Positions 45,203 to 54,065 of a stretch of 64,000 nucleotides of DNA are shown here, piece by piece. Source of the DNA: Candidatus Micrarchaeum sp. (GTDB lineage: Archaea > Micrarchaeota > Micrarchaeia > CABMEP01). Positions within the stretch are counted from its first letter, which is position 1; each line of letters starts with the position of its first letter. The position numbers and the translations under genes were made by a program. The stretch is taken from the NCBI GenBank assembly GCA_020723065.1, contig DYJP01000002.1, forward strand, positions 7,464 through 71,463. Reading direction: 5' to 3'. The notes under the pieces were generated by a model. That model ran no database searches, was not told the DNA's origin, and was given only the letters and a program-made list of their open reading frames with translations.

Positions 45203-46366
45203 TTATCTTGCAGCTGAAACGATTCTTATTATATCACCGTCATTCAAAACATGGTCCTTGGCTATTCTTATCTTTTTCTTAGCATCAATCGCGTAAAGAA
45301 AATTCTTGGCCAGATCGGTATGTATTTTTTCAGCAAGCTGGATCGCCGTAGTACCTTTTTTAACCAAAATCGCGTCCGGAAGCACATTGCCGAAATTATC
45401 TGAATATTTGTGCTCATCACTTACAGGATAGACTACTATCAGCCCAAGAAATCCGAAAACTGCACTATTGATTATCTGCTGTACTCCAGTTCCATGATAG
45501 ATATCCATCGTCTGTTTTATTTTGTTAAGGGCCACTTTCTGCTGTTCGTTTGCATTAAGTATTTCAAAAGAAGTGTCACCAGGAACATAATTTATTACTT
45601 GTTTAGCAGCTGCTTTCCTTAATGCAAGTTCCCCATCAGCATAAGTCGGAACGATGATCTTGTCTGGAAAAGTTTCCTTTAATTTCATATACCTATCATG
45701 GGCGCCTGGAATGTCTATTTTATTAGCAGCAATTATAATTGGCATCGATTCCTTTCTTACTTTCTGGCTAAAAGTAGAAATTTGCGCTTCTGTCCAATTG
45801 ATTCGCTCCAATGGAAGACCAATCTTTTTTGCAGTTAGTTCTATGTCTGCTTCACTTATTTTAAGTCCAGTAAGCATTGAATGAACCGCCTTAATATCAT
45901 GCCCTTTTATTTTACTCCAATTCCTTTGCAAAATACTTGCAATCCAAAATCCAATCTCCTCTTCGAGGAATTTTATTTCTGCTGCAGGATCATAATCTTC
46001 GCAAGGATTCCCTTCTGAATCAGTCTTACCACTTGAATCGACAATCTGGATAAGTACATCCGCGGATCTAATATCATCTAGAAATCGGTTTCCAAGTCCC
46101 TTACCTTCATGTGCTCCAGGAACTAGACCTGCAACATCGATCATGTTTATAGGAACATATCTCTTGCCGTGATCGCATTTTCCGTTTTTTGGATTGCATG
46201 AAACTCCTAATTCAACACAAGGGCAATTGACCTGCAGGTAAGTGATTCCTTTATTGGGATCAATCGTAGTAAAAGGCCTCGGACTGATTGGAACGTCCAC
46301 TAACGTTGCAGCAGAGAAAAATGTTGATTTTCCGCTTGATGGCTTGCCAGTTATTCCTATCAGCAT
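45203..46366 (-). CDS. ychF: Obg-like ATPase of the YchF/OLA1 family with C-terminal TGS domain and a Cys-rich insert
   Basis: P-loop GITGKPSSGKST, G2 FTTIDPN, the KIHTD motif, and a TGS-like C-terminus KDHVLNDGDIIRIVS. Insert CPCVELGVSCNPKNGKCDH. Confidence 0.75.
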   Translation of the reverse strand: MLIGITGKPSSGKSTFFSAATLVDVPISPRPFTTIDPNKGITYLQVNCPCVELGVSCNPKNGKCDHGKRYVPINMIDVAGLVPGAHEGKGLGNRFLDDIRSADVLIQIVDSSGKTDSEGNPCEDYDPAAEIKFLEEEIGFWIASILQRNWSKIKGHDIKAVHSMLTGLKISEADIELTAKKIGLPLERINWTEAQISTFSQKVRKESMPIIIAANKIDIPGAHDRYMKLKETFPDKIIVPTYADGELALRKAAAKQVINYVPGDTSFEILNANEQQKVALNKIKQTMDIYHGTGVQQIINSAVFGFLGLIVVYPVSDEHKYSDNFGNVLPDAILVKKGTTAIQLAEKIHTDLAKNFLYAIDAKKKIRIAKDHVLNDGDIIRIVSAAR

Positions 46367-46490
46367 TGTATCGCCTTAAAACTATAAATAACTATATAAT
46401 TATCAACAAAAAGAAATTAAACTTATTGAAAAGGAATATAAACTTACTTATGCAAATTGAAGTGAAGAACCACATGAAAACGGTGATGAT

Positions 46491-47018
46491 ATGGATCTGA
46501 CTTTCTCTATAATTATATTCCTTTTGCAAATTTTCGTAGGAATACTTTTCGCAATATTATCTGTTTATCTTGGATTGAGGTTCTTCGACAAAATGACCGA
46601 AGGCATCGATGAGATAAAAGAATTGAAAAGAGGTAATGTTGCAGTGGCGCTAATCCTCGCATCACTCATGCTTTCAATAGGGACTATAATCCAGCAGGGA
46701 GTTAACCAATTCGACAACGTCCTAATGAAAGGCGTTTCCCTTCCACTGTTCATAATTGCATTTGTAATGGCAATATTCCAGCTGGCAATAGTCATTTTAA
46801 TTGCTGTAATTGTTATATACGTCGCAATAAAAGTGCTCGATTCAATGACTGTCGGAATAAATGAACTCGAAGAGATAAAGAAAGGCAATACTGCAGTGGC
46901 ACTTGTTGTTGCAATAGTTATATATCTTGTTTCCTTCGTAGTTGCTGGTGCAGTTATTGGAATAAGCGAACTTTCGATTTTCAATCCGGAAACTATAGCT
47001 TCATTACTTGGAATGTAA
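46491..47018 (+). CDS. DUF350-family membrane protein (two repeats)
   Basis: Duplicated DEI.ELKRGNVAVAL / NELEEIKKGNTAVAL motif between TM helices. Confidence 0.6.
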   Translation: MDLTFSIIIFLLQIFVGILFAILSVYLGLRFFDKMTEGIDEIKELKRGNVAVALILASLMLSIGTIIQQGVNQFDNVLMKGVSLPLFIIAFVMAIFQLAIVILIAVIVIYVAIKVLDSMTVGINELEEIKKGNTAVALVVAIVIYLVSFVVAGAVIGISELSIFNPETIASLLGM

Positions 47019-47028
47019 TTGCTAAATA

Positions 47029-47418
47029 TCAAGAAACAAACACTGTTCCGTTCTTATTTTCTATTTTTAACTTATTACCGATGCTTGATGCACAAACTGT
47101 ATCGCAATTGACTTCAATTGAATGCGTAATATTTTGAAAAGATATACTAATTATATTTTTATTACAAAATAGTAATGCACCAGCCAAAAAATCAGAAGAA
47201 AATTCTCTTACGTTGCCATCACCAAGAATACATATGCTATTAATAATATAAGAGAAGTCGTTTTCAAGTTTGGAAATAATTATCTCATTCAGAGAGCGTT
47301 CTGTTTGATTTTTTGTCTTTGAAAATGAAACTAAAAATATTGCTAAAACAGATAGAAAAATAGCAAAAATAAGCAAAAATTCTAAAGACATCTGACCCTT
47401 CCTAAATGGAATAGGCAT
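47029..47418 (-). CDS. Type IV pilin-like protein with class III signal peptide
   Basis: MPIPFRKGQ|MSLEFLLIFAIFLSVLAIFLV (DUF361-type QxSxEF motif). The start is trimmed to ATG 47416-47418. Confidence 0.6.
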   Translation of the reverse strand: MPIPFRKGQMSLEFLLIFAIFLSVLAIFLVSFSKTKNQTERSLNEIIISKLENDFSYIINSICILGDGNVREFSSDFLAGALLFCNKNIISISFQNITHSIEVNCDTVCASSIGNKLKIENKNGTVFVS

Positions 47419-47441
47419 TGATATCGCTCCAATTATAAGAA

Positions 47442-47684
47442 TCAGCTGCAAGTCTTTGTAGCCTGATCACAAAATGAATTTTCTCCGAAACCAAAACAGT
47501 CAGAATCGGTCTCGCAAGAGGTTGTCATCTCGGAAATCGCATCGAAAGTCTTATCCGAAGTATTCTCTATGGAATTTGCAGCTTTGGATGCGGAATCTTT
47601 CATCTTTGAAGCCACCAGGAAGACCACACCCAGCAAAATCGCCAGGATGATGATCAGTTCGATTGATAATTGACCTTTTCGCAT
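47442..47684 (-). CDS. Type IV pilin-like protein with class III signal peptide (80 aa)
   Basis: MRKGQ|LSIELIIILAILLGVVFLV. Contains CETDSDCFGFGENSFCDQATKTC; tandem with the 47029-47418 pilin gene. Confidence 0.6.
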   Translation of the reverse strand: MRKGQLSIELIIILAILLGVVFLVASKMKDSASKAANSIENTSDKTFDAISEMTTSCETDSDCFGFGENSFCDQATKTCS

Positions 47685-47733
47685 GTAAAACTAAAACCAA
47701 ATGTTACTTATAAATGTTACGGAATTGTTTGCA

Positions 47734-49650
47734 TCACTTAAGCCTGATGGAATCCAGATCCATTGGAGACCTTGATTCGATATTGAGTATCCTTGTAATG
47801 CTGTTTGCAAAATCCTCGGACTTCTTTGGCTCTCCATGATTAACCAACACTAGAGAAGGCTTTGGTCTCATGGTCTTTATGAAGTTCATCATCTGCCTTC
47901 TATCACTATGACCGCTGAAACCAGATGCGGTTTCAACCCTCAGATTAACTTTTATAGTATCAAGTCTGCCATCTTCTCCGACAATTGCAACTTCCTTATC
48001 TCCTTTCTGTATCTTTCTTCCTAATGAATAGTTGGTGTTGAAACCTACGAATATAATTGCATTTTTGGGATCATGCGCAAACGCTTTGAAATATTCAACT
48101 GACGGTCCTCCTGTCATCATACCGGACGGCGCAAGAACTACGCACGGTCCTCCGTCAATTATTTCCTGCCTATTACCTTTTACAACCTCAAAAATTGGAG
48201 ATTCGAATGGACTCTTTCCACTCAGAATCATTCTCTGGAGGCTATCCTTGAGATATTCTGGATAAACAGTGTGTATGGCAGATGCTTCAAGAATCATTCC
48301 ATCTATGTAAATCTTGAAGTTTGCCTTGTCAGGATTCCTTCTTGCGAATTCTTCGAATACGAGCATAATGTCCTGAGACCTTCCCACAGAGAAAACAGGT
48401 ATGAGTACTTTTCCTCCCTTGGCTATAGTCTCTGTAACAACTCTCATCATCTTTTCTTCTCCTTCAGGCCTGGGTAAATGGAAGTCGTCCTTTCCGGCAT
48501 ATGTACTCTCTATAAGAAGAGTTTCTACTCTAGGAAACACATTGACCGCAGGATTAAGGAGCTTGGTGTGGCTAAACTTGATGTCACCAGTGTAAACGAA
48601 ATTGTGAAGACCGTCGCTTATATGCAAATGCATTATGGAACTTCCTAGTATATGGCCTGAATTGTGAAGTGTGAGCTTGATTTCTGGAGTAATATCGGTT
48701 ACTTCGCCGAAATCTCTTGTTATGCAGTGAAGAAGTGCCTTCCTGACGTCTTTTTCCTCATAGATCGGCGTCATCCCCTGCTTCTTCATAACTTTAATAT
48801 AATCAAAAGTAAGTAGTGCCATTAAGTCTCGGCTCGGTGGAGTGCAATAAATCGGACCGTCGTATCCCATAGCGAAAAAGTAAGGTATGAAACCGCAATG
48901 ATCGAGATGGCTATGTGAAAGAACAATTGCATTTATCTCGTCAACTGGAGTGTTCAAAGTAGAAAGATATGGGTAAAAATCCTTTGAATTATCTGTTGCT
49001 TCGAATTTAAGCCCAGAATCAAGAATTATTTTGTCGTTAGATGTTTCCAAATATATGCAAGATCTGCCCACTTCCTTAAATCCTCCAAGAGCAGTAATCT
49101 TGACCCAGGATGTCTTATCTACTGTAGAGAATATCCTCTTACCTGTCTTTAGCAAGAATTTCTTCCTTAATTCCGCTTCCTTAAGCAGGGTAGATCTTAT
49201 GCTTTTTTCTATTTCAGATGGAAGAGTTGGAGTTCTGAGAACCTTTGGAGCCCATCCTGTTGATTTTATTATTTCTTTCAAAGTCGATCCTCCCTTACCT
49301 ATTACCAATCCCGGCTTGTATGCTTCTATCCAAACTTCATGGAATTCCGGAGAGAATCGTATTTCATTTACTTTTGCATCTGCTTGAATTAAAGAACTTA
49401 TCTTTGCCTTTGCCTCTTCTGGATTCATTAATAAATTTGAAGCTCCTCTTACTATAACCTTCTTTTTTAAAGCGTTCGCTATATCCTTGACTGGATTGTC
49501 AACAGCATAAAACTTCTCTACATTGTCTATGTAAAGTATTATGTCCGGACCTTCAGCCTCAAGCTTTACAATCGAACATCCGGAAGGTATTAAGGGTTCT
49601 ATCTTCTTAATTATTTCGTTTGATATTGTACTTTGCATCTCACTCAACAT
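47734..49650 (-). CDS. fttA: aCPSF1/FttA: KH-domain beta-CASP metallo-beta-lactamase RNase (archaeal transcription termination factor)
   Basis: Two N-terminal KH domains (VIGKGGSTLKEI). MBL motif HSHLDHCG, beta-CASP and the C-terminal His motif. The 638-aa length is typical. Confidence 0.85.
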   Translation of the reverse strand: MLSEMQSTISNEIIKKIEPLIPSGCSIVKLEAEGPDIILYIDNVEKFYAVDNPVKDIANALKKKVIVRGASNLLMNPEEAKAKISSLIQADAKVNEIRFSPEFHEVWIEAYKPGLVIGKGGSTLKEIIKSTGWAPKVLRTPTLPSEIEKSIRSTLLKEAELRKKFLLKTGKRIFSTVDKTSWVKITALGGFKEVGRSCIYLETSNDKIILDSGLKFEATDNSKDFYPYLSTLNTPVDEINAIVLSHSHLDHCGFIPYFFAMGYDGPIYCTPPSRDLMALLTFDYIKVMKKQGMTPIYEEKDVRKALLHCITRDFGEVTDITPEIKLTLHNSGHILGSSIMHLHISDGLHNFVYTGDIKFSHTKLLNPAVNVFPRVETLLIESTYAGKDDFHLPRPEGEEKMMRVVTETIAKGGKVLIPVFSVGRSQDIMLVFEEFARRNPDKANFKIYIDGMILEASAIHTVYPEYLKDSLQRMILSGKSPFESPIFEVVKGNRQEIIDGGPCVVLAPSGMMTGGPSVEYFKAFAHDPKNAIIFVGFNTNYSLGRKIQKGDKEVAIVGEDGRLDTIKVNLRVETASGFSGHSDRRQMMNFIKTMRPKPSLVLVNHGEPKKSEDFANSITRILNIESRSPMDLDSIRLK

Positions 49651-49709
49651 TTAGTATATAAAAACAAAATACGTATAAAAAAATGACTAAAAGAAACAAA
49701 AATACTGGA

Positions 49710-50366
49710 TTATCTCTTCTTCTTCTCTCTGGACTTCTCCAGCATCTTCTCAACTTCTTCTGTCTTATATTTCCTGATTCCGTCCTTAGTTATTGCGATA
49801 ATGTCGATTCCTCCGCCGGACGCGGTGTCTCTCTTCTTGGCCGCATTGATCGCCCTGGCAACTATTGGAATCGCATCAGTTATTGTTGTCTTTTCATAAA
49901 TGTCGTCTAAAACTGCCTGCGCAGAGAACCAACCACTTCCACCATATGCAGTATGATCCTTTACAGGGGTTATCGAACCAGATGGATCCAAAGTGAAAAG
50001 CTTCGGTGTTCCATCTTTCTCCACTCCACCGATTATTATCGCAACGTAGAACGGCATATATTTATATTGATAAAGCATGTTCTGCAAAAAAGCTACTGCG
50101 GCTTCAACTGTTATAGGTCTTCCTTCCCTAAGCCTAAATAGCTTGAATTCTACGGAAAGTATCCTATCCAAAGCTTCAAGATCGCCAGCCATTCCTGCAG
50201 CAGCGAATGCGATGTGTTTTTCCGGAGTTCTGACTTTTTCTATGTCCTCGGAAATGACCACCATTCCACCTGCAGTAACTCTCTTCTCTGCAGCTATGAT
50301 AATTCCGTCTGTACAAACCACTCCGACTGTTGTCGTGCCTGTTTTAATAGTAGTGTCCAAATTCAC
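49710..50366 (-). CDS. psmB: Proteasome beta subunit
   Basis: The propeptide is followed by TTTVG (catalytic Thr1) and an Ntn-hydrolase fold. Confidence 0.85.
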   Translation of the reverse strand: MNLDTTIKTGTTTVGVVCTDGIIIAAEKRVTAGGMVVISEDIEKVRTPEKHIAFAAAGMAGDLEALDRILSVEFKLFRLREGRPITVEAAVAFLQNMLYQYKYMPFYVAIIIGGVEKDGTPKLFTLDPSGSITPVKDHTAYGGSGWFSAQAVLDDIYEKTTITDAIPIVARAINAAKKRDTASGGGIDIIAITKDGIRKYKTEEVEKMLEKSREKKKR

Positions 50367-50486
50367 TCACCAAAATAAAGTTAAAATAAAGGTAAACTTA
50401 AAGATCGCCTTATAATAAATATTTAACAGCAGTATATTTAAACTTAACGCTGAAGGATAATAATCATATATTTAGCGTGATTTTCA

Positions 50487-50807
50487 ATGACTAAAACACT
50501 ATATATTAAGAAGTATAAAATAATGAACGATTTACTCTCTCAAATCAAGGGACTTATGTTTTCAAAAAAAATTAAAGTTCCATTGATATTTGTATTTAAA
50601 AAGGATGTTAAGCTCTTATTTCATTCAGCATTCTGCCCCAAATTCGACATAGTCTTTTTAGATAAAAATAAGCGGACCGTATATACTGAAGAAGTAAGGA
50701 AAATGAAAATAATCAAACCTAAAAATTATTACAGATACGTTATTGAAGCCGCTCCTGGATTCATCAAACAAAATAGAATAAGAAAAAAAACAAAAATAAA
50801 TTTCTAA
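50487..50807 (+). CDS. DUF192 (COG1430) family protein
   Basis: GLMF...PLIFVF...FDIVFLDKNKRTV...YVIEAAPG pattern of DUF192. Confidence 0.5.
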   Translation: MTKTLYIKKYKIMNDLLSQIKGLMFSKKIKVPLIFVFKKDVKLLFHSAFCPKFDIVFLDKNKRTVYTEEVRKMKIIKPKNYYRYVIEAAPGFIKQNRIRKKTKINF

Positions 50808-50819
50808 GATGGCCAGAAT

Positions 50820-52037
50820 TCATCGTTTGGAGCTTTCCTTTCCTGCAGTTATTCTGAGAGTTCCGCCGACTTCCTTTATTGTGACATCTATATTCTTGGA
50901 ATTCTCAAAGCACTCCCTTATCTGGTCAAGAGAATAATTCCTCATTGCGGCAATGTTGGCAGATATCGCTTCATCTGTTATGTCTTTCGCTACTTTCGAT
51001 TCGAACTGCTGCTTGAATACCTTCATGTCGATCTCGAAATAAAGGAGCCTTAGAGGGGATTCCTTATCCTTCTCTTCTTTCCTTCCTACTTCCAACTTCT
51101 GGAATAGGGAGGATCGTATCTCTTTCTGTTTTATGAACGTGCTAACTCTTCTAAATTCTGCGTCAAGTTCGGATAATAGATTGTAAGCGGAATCATTTTC
51201 TGCTGCTAAAAGGAACGAAGAATCTCCAAGGTAAGATATGAATATCTTTTCCGGAGAATCCGCTATCTTGTCCTGTAGCATTTGAGAAACGAGCCTTACT
51301 ATTTTATTCTTTTCCTTTTCGGTATAAAGCTCTGCGTACTGATCTATTCCTTCTATTTCAAGTTTAATGAATTTACTGTTTTCCTCATTAAGATAAAGTG
51401 CAATATTCTTAACGAGCCTTTCGACATCTGGAAGATCGACAAGCGGATCGAATATGTTTCCGCTCTTCTGAAGAAATATATTCGCAAGTGCCCTGAGTTC
51501 CATCGGTTCGAATGGTTTCTTAATGTAGTAGTCAGCCCCGTATTGTATACCGTGGAATCGATTTACTGTAGCATCTGCTGCAGAAACAATAACTACGATT
51601 ATGTTTTTGGTATCTGGCGCTGATTTGATCTTTTTACAGACATCCAATCCATTTATGCCCGGAAGCATAAGGTCTAAAAATACAAGATCTGGCTTAAAGG
51701 TGTTTACTTTTTTCAACCCTTCTTCTCCATCATATGCAGAGTCGATTTCATACCCTTCGCCTAATGATAGTTTGATAAGGTTATTTATATCTTTGTCGTC
51801 TTCCACGATCAAAATTTTCTTCGGTTTTGTGAATTCAAGAACGTACCAAAAGTCCAACTTTCCTACTGCTCTTGATTCTATCTTGCCTTTTGTTTTAAGC
51901 CTTACTAGTGTGCCTTTAACTTCCTCTTCGGAATAACTGGAAAATTCCTTGATTATTTCCTTTGTTTCTAAAGCGATATCTTTAGCTTTTAAGAATGAAA
52001 GGAGCTCTTGTTCAATTTTTAGATCATCAATTTCCAT
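50820..52037 (-). CDS. Response regulator: N-terminal wHTH-like region, CheY-like receiver, and a degenerate GGDEF-like output domain
   Basis: Receiver KILIVEDDKDINNL...KPDLVFLDLMLPGINGL...KKPF. Output domain DPLVDLPDVERL (DxLTGLxNR-like) ... SYLGDSSF in place of GG(D/E)EF. The start is trimmed to MEIDDLK (ATG 52035-52037). Confidence 0.6.
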   Translation of the reverse strand: MEIDDLKIEQELLSFLKAKDIALETKEIIKEFSSYSEEEVKGTLVRLKTKGKIESRAVGKLDFWYVLEFTKPKKILIVEDDKDINNLIKLSLGEGYEIDSAYDGEEGLKKVNTFKPDLVFLDLMLPGINGLDVCKKIKSAPDTKNIIVVIVSAADATVNRFHGIQYGADYYIKKPFEPMELRALANIFLQKSGNIFDPLVDLPDVERLVKNIALYLNEENSKFIKLEIEGIDQYAELYTEKEKNKIVRLVSQMLQDKIADSPEKIFISYLGDSSFLLAAENDSAYNLLSELDAEFRRVSTFIKQKEIRSSLFQKLEVGRKEEKDKESPLRLLYFEIDMKVFKQQFESKVAKDITDEAISANIAAMRNYSLDQIRECFENSKNIDVTIKEVGGTLRITAGKESSKR

Positions 52038-52114
52038 AAACTCACTACGCAAGACAAGTATACAATAAAAGATTGATTGTAAAGAAATTAAAAGGTTAGT
52101 GTGAAAAATGATAT

Positions 52115-54061
52115 ATGGCGGATGCAGGGGATCAAAATATTGGCAAAATGCAACCAACTATATTAGAACTAGCTGAGCTGGAAAAGGAAAACTCAACAGC
52201 TCAGAAAATCGAGCCGAAAATAAATGAAAAAAATAATGTTAGAAGATATGAAGTGAGGTATAGGCCAGACTTCCAACAAAATGATTCTTTTCAATTACTA
52301 TTTAGACATATAGGTGAACCAGCGGTTCTAGTAGACAACAAAAAAAGGATAATGGATGTAAACCCGTCCTTTTCAAGAATGACTTCTTATCAACGAGAGG
52401 AAATTATTGGAAAAAAAATAAACAGCATATTAAGAAAAAACACTATTTTGACAAAAAACAACGGAACTAAGGAATTCGAGGCTAATGAGATTAAGATAGG
52501 TCTTAGCACATTGTATCTTTTCATAGATAAGAATGAAATAGATACTAAATTTAAGATATCTAACGAGCTTGAAGCACTAAAAACACACTTAGATGATTTT
52601 GTAATAAAGGTAAAAAAAGATGGAAAGATTATTTACATGAATCCAAATTTTAAGACCGTATTTTCAAATGCCTCTGAAGGCGAAAACTTAAAGAATTACC
52701 TTAAAATTAATAAATTTCATTCAAAACTGAAAATTGCGAGCGAAACTGGTCAACCTGAACTTTCTGAAGGAACAATGGAAATAAATGACAAAGGACAGAT
52801 AAGGAATTGTCCAATAAACGTGAAAATAATACCATCCAAAGAAGAATTAATAATTATAGTAAAAAATCAAATTGAAAAACTAGATCTTAACAAGCAAATA
52901 GAAGATGCAAAGCAAGAATACGAAGCCATAGTCAACAATGTCACCGATATTATTTGCATAATAGACAAAAAAGGCAAGTTTCAATTTGTAAACAAGCAGT
53001 TTGAACGGCAGCTTGGGTATAAGAAGGAGAATCTCCCCTTACTTCCCCAAATAATCTATCATGAAGACCTTCCAAAATTTCTTCAGACTCTTACTGAAAT
53101 AGAAAGAAACAATAGAGGTTTTCAAGAACTTGAAATAAGCCTTTATACCTCTAAACGAAAACTACTCAATTTCTCAGCAAGTGGAATATCTAAGATATCT
53201 GATGGAAACGACGTGAGATACAGTGTCACCTTAAGAGATATTACAGCAAAGAAAAAAAGTGAAAATGAAACTGCAAAAGAAAGGGAAAAATTGAAAGAAG
53301 AATACAAAAAGATGAAGGAAATTAATGAAATGAAAACCAATTTCGTAAGCATGGTATCACACGATCTTAAAACACCACTTACAAACATACAAGGATACGC
53401 TTCTCTCATGAGAAACAAAATATTGGGACCGAATAATCCGAAGCAGCAGGAAGCAACAGAAATAATAGACAAGGAATCTAAACGTCTCGCCAAACTGATC
53501 AACGACCTTTTAGATCTTTCAAAAATAGATGCGGGGGCTATGGTCATACAGAAGAAACCGTTTAAACTTAAAGATTTAGAAGACAAATGCTCCTTAAAAC
53601 ATCTCGCAGAAAAGAAAGGTTTGATACTTATATGGAACACTCCTGAATCGCTCGGCGAAGTTTATGGAGATCCAGAAAGAATAGCCCAAGTTCTCACCAA
53701 TCTTGTAAATAATGCGATCAAATTTACAGATCACGGATCCGTGACTGTCAATGCGTTCGAAAAAGGAAAAGACAATATACAAATTGATGTTATAGACACC
53801 GGACTGGGAATACCTAAAAAAGACCAGGAAATGATTTTTGAAAGATTCCAGCGAAGTAGTACTTCCTTGAAATTCAAAAAAGAAGGAAGTGGTCTCGGCC
53901 TTGCTATCGCAAGAGAGATAATGAAGCTTCATGACAGTGACATAATGGTCAAATCAGAAGTAGGTAAAGGAAGCACGTTTAGTATAATATTAAGTAAAGC
54001 ACCGAAGCAACAAAATGAAAGAGACAAGGTTAACGACTATCTCGAAAAGATGACCCATTAA
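52115..54061 (+). CDS. Cytoplasmic PAS-domain sensor histidine kinase
   Basis: Multiple PAS-like repeats. HisKA VSMVSHDLKTPLTNIQGYASLM. HATPase_c N-box LTNLVNNAIKFT and G-boxes DTGLGIP / GSGLGLAIA. No TM helices. Confidence 0.8.
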   Translation: MADAGDQNIGKMQPTILELAELEKENSTAQKIEPKINEKNNVRRYEVRYRPDFQQNDSFQLLFRHIGEPAVLVDNKKRIMDVNPSFSRMTSYQREEIIGKKINSILRKNTILTKNNGTKEFEANEIKIGLSTLYLFIDKNEIDTKFKISNELEALKTHLDDFVIKVKKDGKIIYMNPNFKTVFSNASEGENLKNYLKINKFHSKLKIASETGQPELSEGTMEINDKGQIRNCPINVKIIPSKEELIIIVKNQIEKLDLNKQIEDAKQEYEAIVNNVTDIICIIDKKGKFQFVNKQFERQLGYKKENLPLLPQIIYHEDLPKFLQTLTEIERNNRGFQELEISLYTSKRKLLNFSASGISKISDGNDVRYSVTLRDITAKKKSENETAKEREKLKEEYKKMKEINEMKTNFVSMVSHDLKTPLTNIQGYASLMRNKILGPNNPKQQEATEIIDKESKRLAKLINDLLDLSKIDAGAMVIQKKPFKLKDLEDKCSLKHLAEKKGLILIWNTPESLGEVYGDPERIAQVLTNLVNNAIKFTDHGSVTVNAFEKGKDNIQIDVIDTGLGIPKKDQEMIFERFQRSSTSLKFKKEGSGLGLAIAREIMKLHDSDIMVKSEVGKGSTFSIILSKAPKQQNERDKVNDYLEKMTH

Positions 54062-54065
54062 TAGA

